NCBI GenBank assembly: GCA_039621445.1
Contig: CP154954.1
Coordinates: forward strand, 15,642,140 to 15,706,139
Direction of reading: 5' to 3'
Source: Euglena gracilis
Lineage: Eukaryota
DNA: 64,000 bases
Made by a program: the position numbers and the translations under genes. The first letter of the stretch is position 1; each line of letters begins with the position of its first letter. The notes beneath the pieces were generated by a model that ran no database searches, was not told where the DNA came from, and saw only the letters and a program-made list of their open reading frames with translations. Of this stretch, positions 14,792-26,052 are shown in pieces.

Positions 14792-17700
14792 CGTCCGTGC
14801 GTGCGTGCGCACGTGCGTGCGTGCGCGCGTGCGTGCGTGCGTGCGTGCGTGCGTGTGTGTGTGTGTCTGTCGGTGGGGGGGGTGGGGGGGTGGGTGTAGT
14901 GTGTGCCAGAACCAAGGACCCTCTCAGTTTCCCGGGCGGGAATCCAACAGGTTCTCAGGCACATGACAATTTCCTCGGGGGGGTTGTCCTGTGTTGTTGG
15001 TGTGCAACGTGCTCTGCTACACACAGACACACAGACACACAAGACACATGGCACATAACATATGTGCACACAGGCGTACACACACCTTGCCTGGTGTCAT
15101 TAGAAGAACTACCTTACTTTTCATCTTGTTTGGTTGAAAGTTAATTGGCCAGTAATGGGCGTTAATTTGGGTACTTTTGTGGTCCGGCCCACTGGCAGTT
15201 GAAACCAGACTGGGCTGCAAACCCAGCTGGACTGCACTTTTTTATCCAAAGTTTTGAGGTACACCCCCAAAACCTCAAAAATGCCATTTTCGGGGGTTTG
15301 ACCCCGTTTTCCCCCAATGTTTTCGGTGCTTTGCACAGAAAATGTTTCGGTTCATCCCGGTTTTGCCAGGCTTACAATAATTATTTTCCCTTCTTGACCC
15401 CCCTTGAGGGGGGGGCTGGCTGGGAGCTGCTGGCCGGATCTGGGAGATGCTGGCTGGCTGAACCCAAGGGTTAGGGTCCTTCCAGCTTGAGAAATAATGA
15501 TTTCAGCCCACTGGATGGAAGAACTTGCTGGCTGGATAGAAGATGCTGGCTGGACCCAGCCAAAGTCGCCAAGTGTAAAACAGGAAAATTGCCTCTCTTT
15601 GCCGGGGTGTCTCTTGGCCCACACTCGCCAAACTGGTCTTACAGCGGGTTAGCCTCCCACACCGCCAATTTGGCCGAAGCCAATATTCTGGGGAGGTTTG
15701 CATGCCACCCCCCCCCTCCCCCTGGCTTGTTGCCCAAGCCAGAACTGCCATAGTCAGTGGGGTGACTCTTTGCTCTTTGGCCTCATACTGCCACAGGTCT
15801 TTGGAGCTGATTAACCCAAAGTTCCCCCCCCACCTGGCTTCTGGTGCCAACATGCCGAGCAGTATGTGGTTCTTCTCACCCAGTGAACTCAAGGCAAATG
15901 CCATTGAAGGCTCTCCGAACATGTGTAACCTTGCCAGGATTTTCAGGAAGCCCTTCGGTATTGAGGTGGGTGATTGGGGAGGGGGCCGACGATCCCCCCG
16001 GGGGATAAGGTGAAGGAAGGGGGTCTGGACCAGATGTCGGGAGGGGGGTCCGGACCACACCCCCCTCCTCAGCAGATGATTGATGGTTTGGTGTTTTCCA
16101 CATAAATGTTTCAAATTTCATAAATTTCAAAAAAATGAGCATTTTTGGATTCATTTTCAAAGAAAAAATCAGGGGGTTTTTGAACAATCTTGGCCAATTT
16201 CCTGCCCTTTGCCCGTCCATGAAACCGAAGGTTTTCCAGGCCCATGTGAGTTTCGAGGTAGGAGGGGAGGGGTCCAACCCCCCCCCCCCTCAAGGCTTCC
16301 CATCTTTTCCAATCAGGCTGATTTCTAAGGCAAGGCCAACCCTCCCCCCCCCTCCCCCCGGAGCTATCCTGGTCAGGCACTCCAAAGCACCCAGGTTCCA
16401 CCTCTGGGGGGGGGTACATGGCTAAAATTGCTTTGGGCACCAGTTTTTGGATCGCTGTTCTGTTCTGGTTCGCTAATTCTGGCATAATGGTTCGAAGTAC
16501 CCGGGGGGAGGGGTTCAGCTCGACTGCAGCTGTTCCAAATTTGGCCAGTGGAAACCCCAGTGTCCCTGGATCCAAGGTATGGAAATTTTTTCCAGTGACC
16601 GGCATGAAGCGCTATAAAATTTATTGACCCCCAAAACCTGCCAAAATGACCATGTTTGGAAATTTTCCTATTTTTTGAACAAAATCGGGCAACAAAAACA
16701 CGGCAAAAACATCTTTTTTTTTACCTTGGCACACAGCGCCAGAAGAATTTTTTTCTGGTTGGGGGGTGACGAAGAGGGGGTCTGGCTACCCCCCTCCCCG
16801 GGAAACTATCATGCCCGAGAACCTGTCAGGGTCCCTCCCGGGAAACTGCGAGGGTCCTCGTTACCAGCCAACTGTTGGCAGGGTCCCCGGTACCGGCCAA
16901 CCTGTCAGGGTCATTTTTTTTCAATGATTTTCCCCTGAAATGCCCTACTGGGGGAACTGTCAGGGTCCCGCCCAGGAAACTGTCAGGGTCCTTGGTACCG
17001 GCCAACCTGTCATGACAGGAAGTTGTCAGGTGACAGTTTCCCAGGGGGGGGATAGGTAGTGGCTTTTTCTGGTGTCTGCTGTAAAAGCTAGCTGGTCTAC
17101 CTCCTCGGGGTCCTTATGCAACAGCCTTCTGGGCACTCAGGCAAGGCACTCCTTGTGCCGGAAGCCTAGAAAAGCCCATTTTTGGGCATTTTGACCAGGC
17201 AGGCACGGCCCCAGGGGGGGGGGGTATTGGCTGCCTGCCCAGGCAGCCCGAGGCACCCTGGGGAGGCCGCCCCCCCCCCCCCCCCCGGGGTTGTCAAGTT
17301 CAGCCTGCCCTCAATAAGGACCATCACTGGACCTAGTAAGGAGAGTGCTGGAATTGTATCGAGTCCAAGTCGTCGTCCAGGGGCTGGCTTCAATCGCTGG
17401 CCAAATGAAGGCAAACGATGAGATGCATCCCACGCAGGCCAGCCACCAAACAGCAGGAGTGGAGCACAGGGTTTCCCACTGTGGGCTGTTCCACCGACGT
17501 ACCACACACTCATTGTATACCCTATCAATCTAATTACTGCTGCATTTCAGACTTCACTATGTAAGCAAATGTGCGCACGGGCAAGTGGGTGGGGGGTACC
17601 CATCTTTTCCGGTCCTTAGACGGGGGAGAGTATGCACATAATTTCGTCGCATATGTATCATGAATCCCACAACGTGTAGTTCGCTCCGCAAAGACCGCAA

Positions 17701-20700
17701 AGAAAGTGTTCACCCAAGTCAGTTAAGAAACCTGCACTCCAACAAACGTGCTCACCCAGTGTCCAGCATCCTCCTCAACTGCGACTAATATGGTGGTGCG
17801 GGAGCAATAATCTAAATTATCCAGGAGGGAAAATTGCTTTAACTGGCTGGTGTTACTCACCTAAAAAAACAGGTGTATTTTCTTTTGTAATATGAGTGTA
17901 CTACTGAGAATTATTTTTTTTTTCATAATGTATATAATTTGGATGACGTCAGTTATTTGAAACAACTCTTCACATGTAATTTATGAATTTTTTTGGGTGT
18001 GCAATTTTGTGTTTCACCGTCCGCAAACAGTTTCAAGGATTTAACTATTGATATGTAACACTCAAAACCGCGCAGAAGGAGGCAGCCTGCCCCCAGGATG
18101 CTGACAATCATGTTTGCGGACATCGAGGGCTTCTCCACCATTTGTGAGAACGAGTTCCCCGCCGTTCTGGTCTCCGTGTGCACGGAGTACTTCGAGGCCA
18201 TGTGCAGTGCCCTGGGTCCCCAATGCCGCCACGGAGCTGCTCGAATTTTTTTTAAATGGCAATATGCTGGGTTGAAAAAAATACCCCCCATTTCCAGGGG
18301 TTGGTCAAAGATTATGAAACCACTAAAAAACAATCGCTCACCTCCAGAAAAACCACCCAGTCAGCACCGTGGGTGAGTGGGTTTTCGAAAAAAAAATGGT
18401 TTTGTGGGTTCCCCCAAGGTGCCCCCCCCCCCCTGGGTCACTAAGTGAATCTATGGTCACAACCCCCTGGGCCACATTTCTCCTCTACTTTCGGTGCCAA
18501 CTCATTTTGCGCCTCCTTCTGGGAGTTTGGTAACAAATTGTGTGATGCCTTTTTTTCCGCTCACCTTTCGGAGGCATTCCTTTCCTCTCCGGGCTGGACT
18601 CAGCTGTCCAACATCGTAGGACGCAACGGCACCATTGACAAGTTCATTGGCGACTGCATCGGCAGCGTTGCAGTGGGTGGTTTTGAAGTTGCGTCTGTTC
18701 AGGGGATCCGTCCATTAAATGTTATGCATTTCATGTGTTCAGTGATCCCTCAATTTCCATAATTATCGACACTCATTTTATTCGTTTGTCAACAACACTC
18801 GTATGCTTCTTTGCACCGGACCATCCATTCACGATCCTGTCAGCCTGTGCGACCCCCGGCCCTGTGTACGTGTCACCGCCACGTTCACAGACACAAATGG
18901 CCAGAGGCCAAAGTCACGCCAGGCCGGAAGAAGGGATGAATGGCACGAAGCAAACAGCCACAGTGCAGTGGCGTTCACTTCCACAGCTACCTACCCCAGG
19001 GAGATTGTCACGCCAAGAACCTGTCAGGGTCCCTGGTCCATGACTGGAATTTGGAGGAAGTTGAGGACCAAGGGTCCTTGGTCCCGGCAAACTTCAAGAC
19101 CCAACCCCGGACATTTTCCCGGTCCTGTCAGGTGACAGTTTCCCGAGGGGCATGCCAGACTCCACTGCCGTGCTGTGCCATGGCGATGTGGAACGCACCG
19201 GACCGGCTCCCCAACCACGAGAGGGACGCCGTGGCCGCGTCGTTGGCGATGCAGGACGCCCAGGGGCTGTGCCGCGAAGGCAACTCGCGTGCGGGGTGTG
19301 GCGGACGGCAGGTGTGCAGTGTGGTGCGGGGTGCACGGTGGTGCGGGGTCTACCCCAGTCACATCGTGGCCCCCCGGTGTGGTCCAGACAGGGAATTTTT
19401 TACGTTTGGACCCCCGGGGGGGAGGGGGGGGGTAGGGTGGGTGGGTCTGGCCGAGCCCCCCCCCCGGGGAGGGGGGTGGGATATACTTTTCGGCGCCGCA
19501 GGCGCCGAAAAAATTCTATTTTAGCACTTTTCGCGATTTTCGGACATTTTTTTTGTGGGTCCCCCGGGACCCCCTCCCCCCCCCCGGTCTTAAAAAAACC
19601 CCTGGGCCCAGAAGCTGGCCCAGAAACCCATCTCCGGAACAAACGTCCCCCCCACCCGCCGACCCATTTCTGTTTGCCCGGTTTGCCGGCCCCTGCCGCT
19701 TGCGTCATGGACCTGCACCGGTCGTGGAAGGACCGCGGGCTGCCGGTGCTGAAGTTCCGCGCGGGCATCCACACCGGGGAGTGCCTCGTGGGCAACTTCG
19801 GCCAGGGCCGGTCGCGTGCCTGTCTTCGGTGCCCTCTGTGCCCATTCCCGGTTTGTCAAATCACCCCCATTTCCATCGATGGTTGTATCGTGGAATGGCA
19901 TCACCCTTGCTACCCCATGAGCGAGCCTCAGGTGTTCGTGTTCCTCTAATTATGCTCCCCCCGGACCTCCCTGGAGTCAGCCTCCCCCAGGATTGCAACC
20001 TGACAACAGCCTGATTGGCCGGAACGTTGAGACCCTGACACCGAGGACCCGCTGTCGGGGAGGAGTGAAATGAGCGTTCCTCAAACGTGAAAGTTTTGCA
20101 GAAACTTTCAAGCAGATGCCAGAATCAACCCGTGGATGCAATCACGGGATTGTCCCGAGCTGACAGGATACCACTCTTGCTGCCAATCTCGTTTACATTG
20201 GGACTGTTTCCCGCTCGTCTGGCCAACAGCTCCGGCCCTGGGGCGGGCTGCAGCTACCGCGTCAGCTACACCTGCCTGGGCGACGGGGTGGCCCAGCCCC
20301 CTCCCGATTGACCCACTGCTCACCTGCTGTGTGGAGTTGACCTCTGCAACCAAAATAATAGTGGCAAATGGCCAAATTTGAATACATCTGGCAATCAAGA
20401 ATTGTCTCCCCCTCCATAAACCATGTAATTGAGTCTGGGTCAGAATGGAAAAAAAACACCCAAAATGACTATTTGTTGGAGATTTTTGGAGATTTTGTTT
20501 GTGGCTGTACCCACCTTTTGCCCGACTAAGTACCGACCACCCCCCCCAGTCGGGGATTGCAGGTCAGGGGGGTGCGTGACCCCCCTGGTCGAGGGTTGTA
20601 GGAATCGGTGGGTACAGGGAGGGGACTCTTTGGAAACAGTGCAAGTATTTGGGCTTCAGAGTTCTCAATATGTGTTCCACCTGGATGTAACATAAACTGC

Positions 20701-23700
20701 AAGGCCTGCGTGTTGGCTTGGTTGGGCAAAAACAGCACGCTGGCATGTGGTGGTGAGGGCTTCCAGCCAGAACAAGGTTCCTTACCATGCAATCACTGAG
20801 TCACTGGCCGACCCCCCCCCCCCTGGGTGGGTGGCTGGTTTTTCAGAGTAACTGACTGGTTTTTGGCCTGGCCCCCTCCCCCCCGGGGGGTTCGCAAAAA
20901 AACCACTAAAGTGACCCGGCGCCGAAGGTGCCGGACAAAGTTTTTGGCTTTTTTTTCATGTGTTTTTGGTCAAATTTCCTTTGGATTCTAGAGTAGCCGA
21001 CCCCCCCCCCTTCCCCCAGGGGGTGGTGACTGACTGGTTTCCCGGAAAAAGTGACTGGCTGGTTTTTCGAAGAGTGGAGTGACCCCTCCCCCCGGGGGTC
21101 GGTAAAGCATTGCATGTTCCTTACCTGAGGAAGGGCGCTGCCTCCCAACCTGTCCTCTCGCCTGGAGGCACTCAATAAAAAGTTTGGGGCCAGGGTGCTT
21201 CCAGCTGGAGAGCCTCTTCAAAGGCTTGTCCCATATCGTACCGTCCCTCTCCTGGCCAGACAGCAGGAAATGCACTTGAAAAAATAACCCAATGAAAGAT
21301 TTGTTTCTGCACAAGAGAATTTCCTGTCAATCGCACATTGTTGCATTATGGGTATCCCAGGACAGTGCTCATGTGAATATGTGAATGAAAGGAGGCTGGT
21401 TATGGGAGCAGGCTTTTGCTTAGTCGTGTGCCCACCTCACGGGGGGGTGCTAGGGGCAGGCATCTCGTCCGACCCCCCCGGGGGGGGGTCGAGTTTTTGG
21501 GGGGTGCCTGCCCATAGCAGGCACCCCCTCCGCCCCTGGCGCCGAAGGGCCCGGAAAAGGCCATTTTCAATGAAAAATTTATGGGCCCCCCTGGACCCCC
21601 CGGAGGGTGTGCCTGCTAGGGGCAGGCACCATATAGCACCCCCCCCTCCCCCCCCCCGGTCGGCCTGAATGGGAGCATAGCCAGTCTCATTTTGCGCTTT
21701 ACCGCAGAGCCACTACTACCCCCCCCCCCCTATGTCCAACGACCACCCCCTGGTCAGAGGACACCTTTTCGGAGGTTTGACCAAATTTTTGGTCCCGGCG
21801 TGAAGCGCCGGGACCAAAAATTTTGCCCAAAAATTGGCCAAAGGTTACCGGTCATTGGACATAAGGGGGGGGGTAGGGGCTCTGCGGTACCCCCTTTTTG
21901 GGACACAGTCTTGTAAGTTGTCCGAAACTTTGTGTGGCGACATATGTGGAGAGTATCCCCGGTGGGGAATCACACACCAAAATCCATTTTTCACCAGTCT
22001 CCGTGTATTTTTTTTGGAAAGGACTTCATTATTGTCATCTTTTTTTTAAAAAAAAGAAAACGCCCTGCCGAGGACGTTCATCTGCGTCTCCCACTCCACG
22101 TACGAGGCGTGCCAGCACGACTTCCATTTCCGGAGGCTGGCGAAGGTCACGGTGCCTGGCAAGGCCACCCAGGGACCAGTGGTTCTCCCGCATCGACGAG
22201 TTTTTTTTCCATCTTTTATTATATTTTTCAGCCTTCCTTCGGGTGGCTGGATGGTGATTTTTTTTTTGGCTTTCAGAGATGCAAAACGGGCCAAAAATGA
22301 GCCAAAGTGGGTCAGAAAAGGGCTGGGGCGTATTTGGGGTTTAAAGCTGACTGGTTTTTCAATAAAAAAAGAAGTGGCTGACTGGCTTTTGGAAGTGTGG
22401 AAGTAACCCCTCCCCTCCCCTGTTGGTCGATAAAATTCTAAACCACACAAATTTTGGATGGTGAGGGAGGGGGAGTTGGTGCAGTTGGTTTTCTGGGTCG
22501 TGCTACAAAGGCGTTCATTTGCTCAGCCCTGCCAGAGAGGTGCTTCCGGTGTACGAGGTGCTGTGCGAGGCGGGATGCGTCGAGACACGGACCCCCAAGG
22601 CCGCAGACCTTCCTGGACAGACAATTGCTTAAGCACTGTCCCACCCCCCCCCCCCCCCCCGGGGGGGGTGGGTGACTGGTTTTTTCAGAGTGACTGACTG
22701 GTTTTGGGCCCGGACCCCCTCCCCCCCCCCGGGGGGGTCGGCCAGGAGTGGGCAAAAGTGGCTTGAGTGACCCCGGCGCCGAAGGCGCCGGAAAAAATTT
22801 TTTGGCCTGAAATGGCCTAAAGTGACTGGAAAGTGGCCGTTTTTCTGAGTGGCCGACCCCCCCCCCGGGGGGGTAGTGACTGACTGGCTTCCCAAAAAAA
22901 GTGACTGACTGGTTTTTAAAAAAGTGGAGTGACCCCCCCTCCCCCCCCGGGGGTCGGTAAGCAATTGTATGTTCCTGGAACAGTCGGCGTCGACGTGCAG
23001 AGAGAGCCTGTGAAGCCGGCCAATCGGTGTCAAGTCTGGCTTGTGGTCCCCCAATTTGAACTCCGGACTATTCTCTCAACCTGCATGGGGTCCAACGTTT
23101 TTGTTCATCCAGTGCACATTCCCAAGTCAGATCAGTGACCAACCTCTGAAGTTGCAATGCCGATGTTGCAGAGTGTGGGTTCAGGGTGCCCACCCCTCCC
23201 CCTCCCGGGAAACTGTCGCAGAAGGTGGGAGTGGCCAACCAGTCATGAGAGGAAGTTTCCAGGGTCCTGGCACTGGCCGACCTGTCGAGTTAACTGCTTC
23301 CTCGGGGAGGGGGGTGTTAGGCAGGTGCTTATTCTGCTGCTGTTCTCTGGTTTCGTTTCACAAACTGTTTTTTTTTTGTTTGATGGAATGTGGCTTAATG
23401 CGTGCGATCGGCGGACACTCATTGCCTCCGCCCAAGGAGCGGCGGTACTCCCCGGCGCAGCGGGTCAGCGTGGCGGACGGCCTGCTGTTGCGCGGCCCCA
23501 CCAAGACTGGGAACAAACCGGCCGACCAGTCCCTGAATGGTGTCCCCCCTTCAAGCCTGCCCATGCGAAGCACGGAGGGTGAATGGTGTGGCTTTCCCCA
23601 CTGAATCTGCTGCATTTTGAAGTTTTTTGGGGGGGTGAGAAATGATTCATTAATCCCACCGTCATCGAAGGGAGATACAAACAGAAAAGTCGCGTGGTTG

Positions 23701-26020
23701 GCAATGATACTTTTCAGGTTTTTCAAAAGATAATCATTTCTTCGATGCAAAAATCCGAGTTATGGCATTCCCCTGTTATCATTTTAGGAGTATTAAAGGA
23801 GGTGGTTGTATGGCAAGTGTGTATATATGTAAGTCTGTGTGGAAATTATGCAAATACATGGCAGCCTCGGTCTATTTGCCCCCCCCCCCGGGGGGGGCAA
23901 GCAGAGTGATCAATGGGGGGGGGGTCGTGTGGAGGGACCCGTGTCCGACCTTCGGGGAAATTTGGGTCTAGGGTTAGGGTTCCAACCAGATACCCAGAGG
24001 ATGTACATTTTTAGGAATTTAGGCAGACGTCAGGCCGCATGTGGGAGCCAGTGGACCGAATTCAGGGGAATTCTTTTTGGTAAAACATGTATTCAAAAAT
24101 CTTCTGAAAATGGGACCTGATTGCGGGCCTAACTTCGTCCTAAAATGGACCAGTTTTCGGGGCAATCCCAACCCTAACCCTATGCCAACAATTTAGGGGG
24201 AATCCTCCTTGATTCCACTGCCGGTTTCCCTGAAACCGCGTGTTTCCCAGCGCCGTGGGGCCAAAACAAAAACAGAAATTTGGATCTGGGTCCCCCATAC
24301 CAGGGGGGGGGGGACTCAAACAGGAAAAATTGCTGTGGAAAAATTCAGAACAAATTTTTGTTTAGGATTATCCCCACAAATTTTGCGAAATATAAATTTT
24401 CGGCACTCCGTCAATTCAAAATAAAATAATTTTTTGCCTTATTTTTTGGAGTTTTTTTTTTGCAATTTTTTTTTTGGAGTTGTGACAACCTCGAATTTTG
24501 GTGTGATTTCTCTTGTGTTTCCCTGAAAAGTTGGTTCACAAGATTTTTTTGTTCAGAATCTTCCCTGGGGGCCCGCTTTTCAGCGAGCAATTAGTAAATA
24601 ATAAATAAGCGAGCGTCCAATAATTTTTCCCGTCGGCATTTGTTCCTGTTATTTTCCCCCCGGTATCCCCCCCCTGATCATTCTAATTTCCCCCCCAGGT
24701 GAGAAAGTAGAGTGAGGCTGCCAGATATCCATATACATATACACACATACATGCATATACAGAATAACATATGCATACATAAACCCCACCCCTCACTTAT
24801 AACCCCCCCCACTTATAACCCCCCCCACTTATAAACCCCCCCCCTCGGGCCGACCAGCCAAACCGGATCGATCCTATAACCCCCCCCCCCCCTGGGGAAG
24901 AAAAATGGAAACCGCCGGGGACGATTTTTTTTTTCAGCCGCAAACCACTGAAAAACTGATTTTTGGCATTTTTTTGAGACCGACCATCATCATAATGCCA
25001 TTTTTGACCAAGTTTGCCAAAAATTGCCAATTTTAGGGGGTTTCGAGGGCATTTTTTGGGGTCGGATTTTGACCAACAATTCCGTATCCTATAAAACCCT
25101 CCCACCTATAACCCCCCCCCCCTCAGGCCGACCAACTAAACCGGATCCTATAAACCCCGGGCAGTTTATAAGTGGGGGGAGGGGTTTACACATGCATCAG
25201 GGGGGGGAAATGCGCTGCGCAGTTTTGCCCATTTTTGTCAATTTTTCAAAAATGCGCATTTTTGTGCATTTTTTTGCGCATTTTCCCCATTTTCCCACTT
25301 TTTTTTATACACTTTTTGGAGGCATTTTGTCCATATTGTCCATGTTGTCCACATTGTCCATATGTCAAAAACAAACTTGACATTGGTGTTATTCAACACC
25401 GTTCTTCAACACCAATCAAATCACATGCTCACCGAATTTTGCCCACGTTCAAGTAACCCATTTCTATAACCAACGAACCCATTTCCGCACTTTTTTTTCC
25501 ACCCAAGGGACCCGCCTCAAGAAAAAAAACCCTTGGGTGATGAGGTGTGGGTACTCATCCAATGATGATGAGACACTAGGGTTTTCAGAGACCCCACATC
25601 GAATCCTACTCCCTTTGTCACCAGTAAGGGGCAACCATGGCTGACATTGTTGGTTATGGTGAACAGAGAGTGACGCCTTGCTCGTGCATTTTTTTTTATA
25701 TACCAAAAATGCCTTTATTTCAGCTGTTTTTGATGACTTTGGTTTAATTTTGGGCTTATTGTTGGAAATTTTTCTGAGTCCTTTTTCCCTTATGAATGTA
25801 CAAACTCAGCGCATTTTTTGCGCATTTTTTTTTGCGCATTTTTGCGCATTTGTTTTTTCCGGGGGCCGTCCAGAGCATCCCCCCCCGCATACATGCACGC
25901 ATACATACACACAAACATGCACACATGCATGCATACATGCGTACATTCGTATATGCATACAACAGACAGACAGACAGGCAGACAGATAGACAAACAGACA
26001 GACAGGCAGGCAGGCAGAAC

Positions 26021-26052
<32 letters not shown>

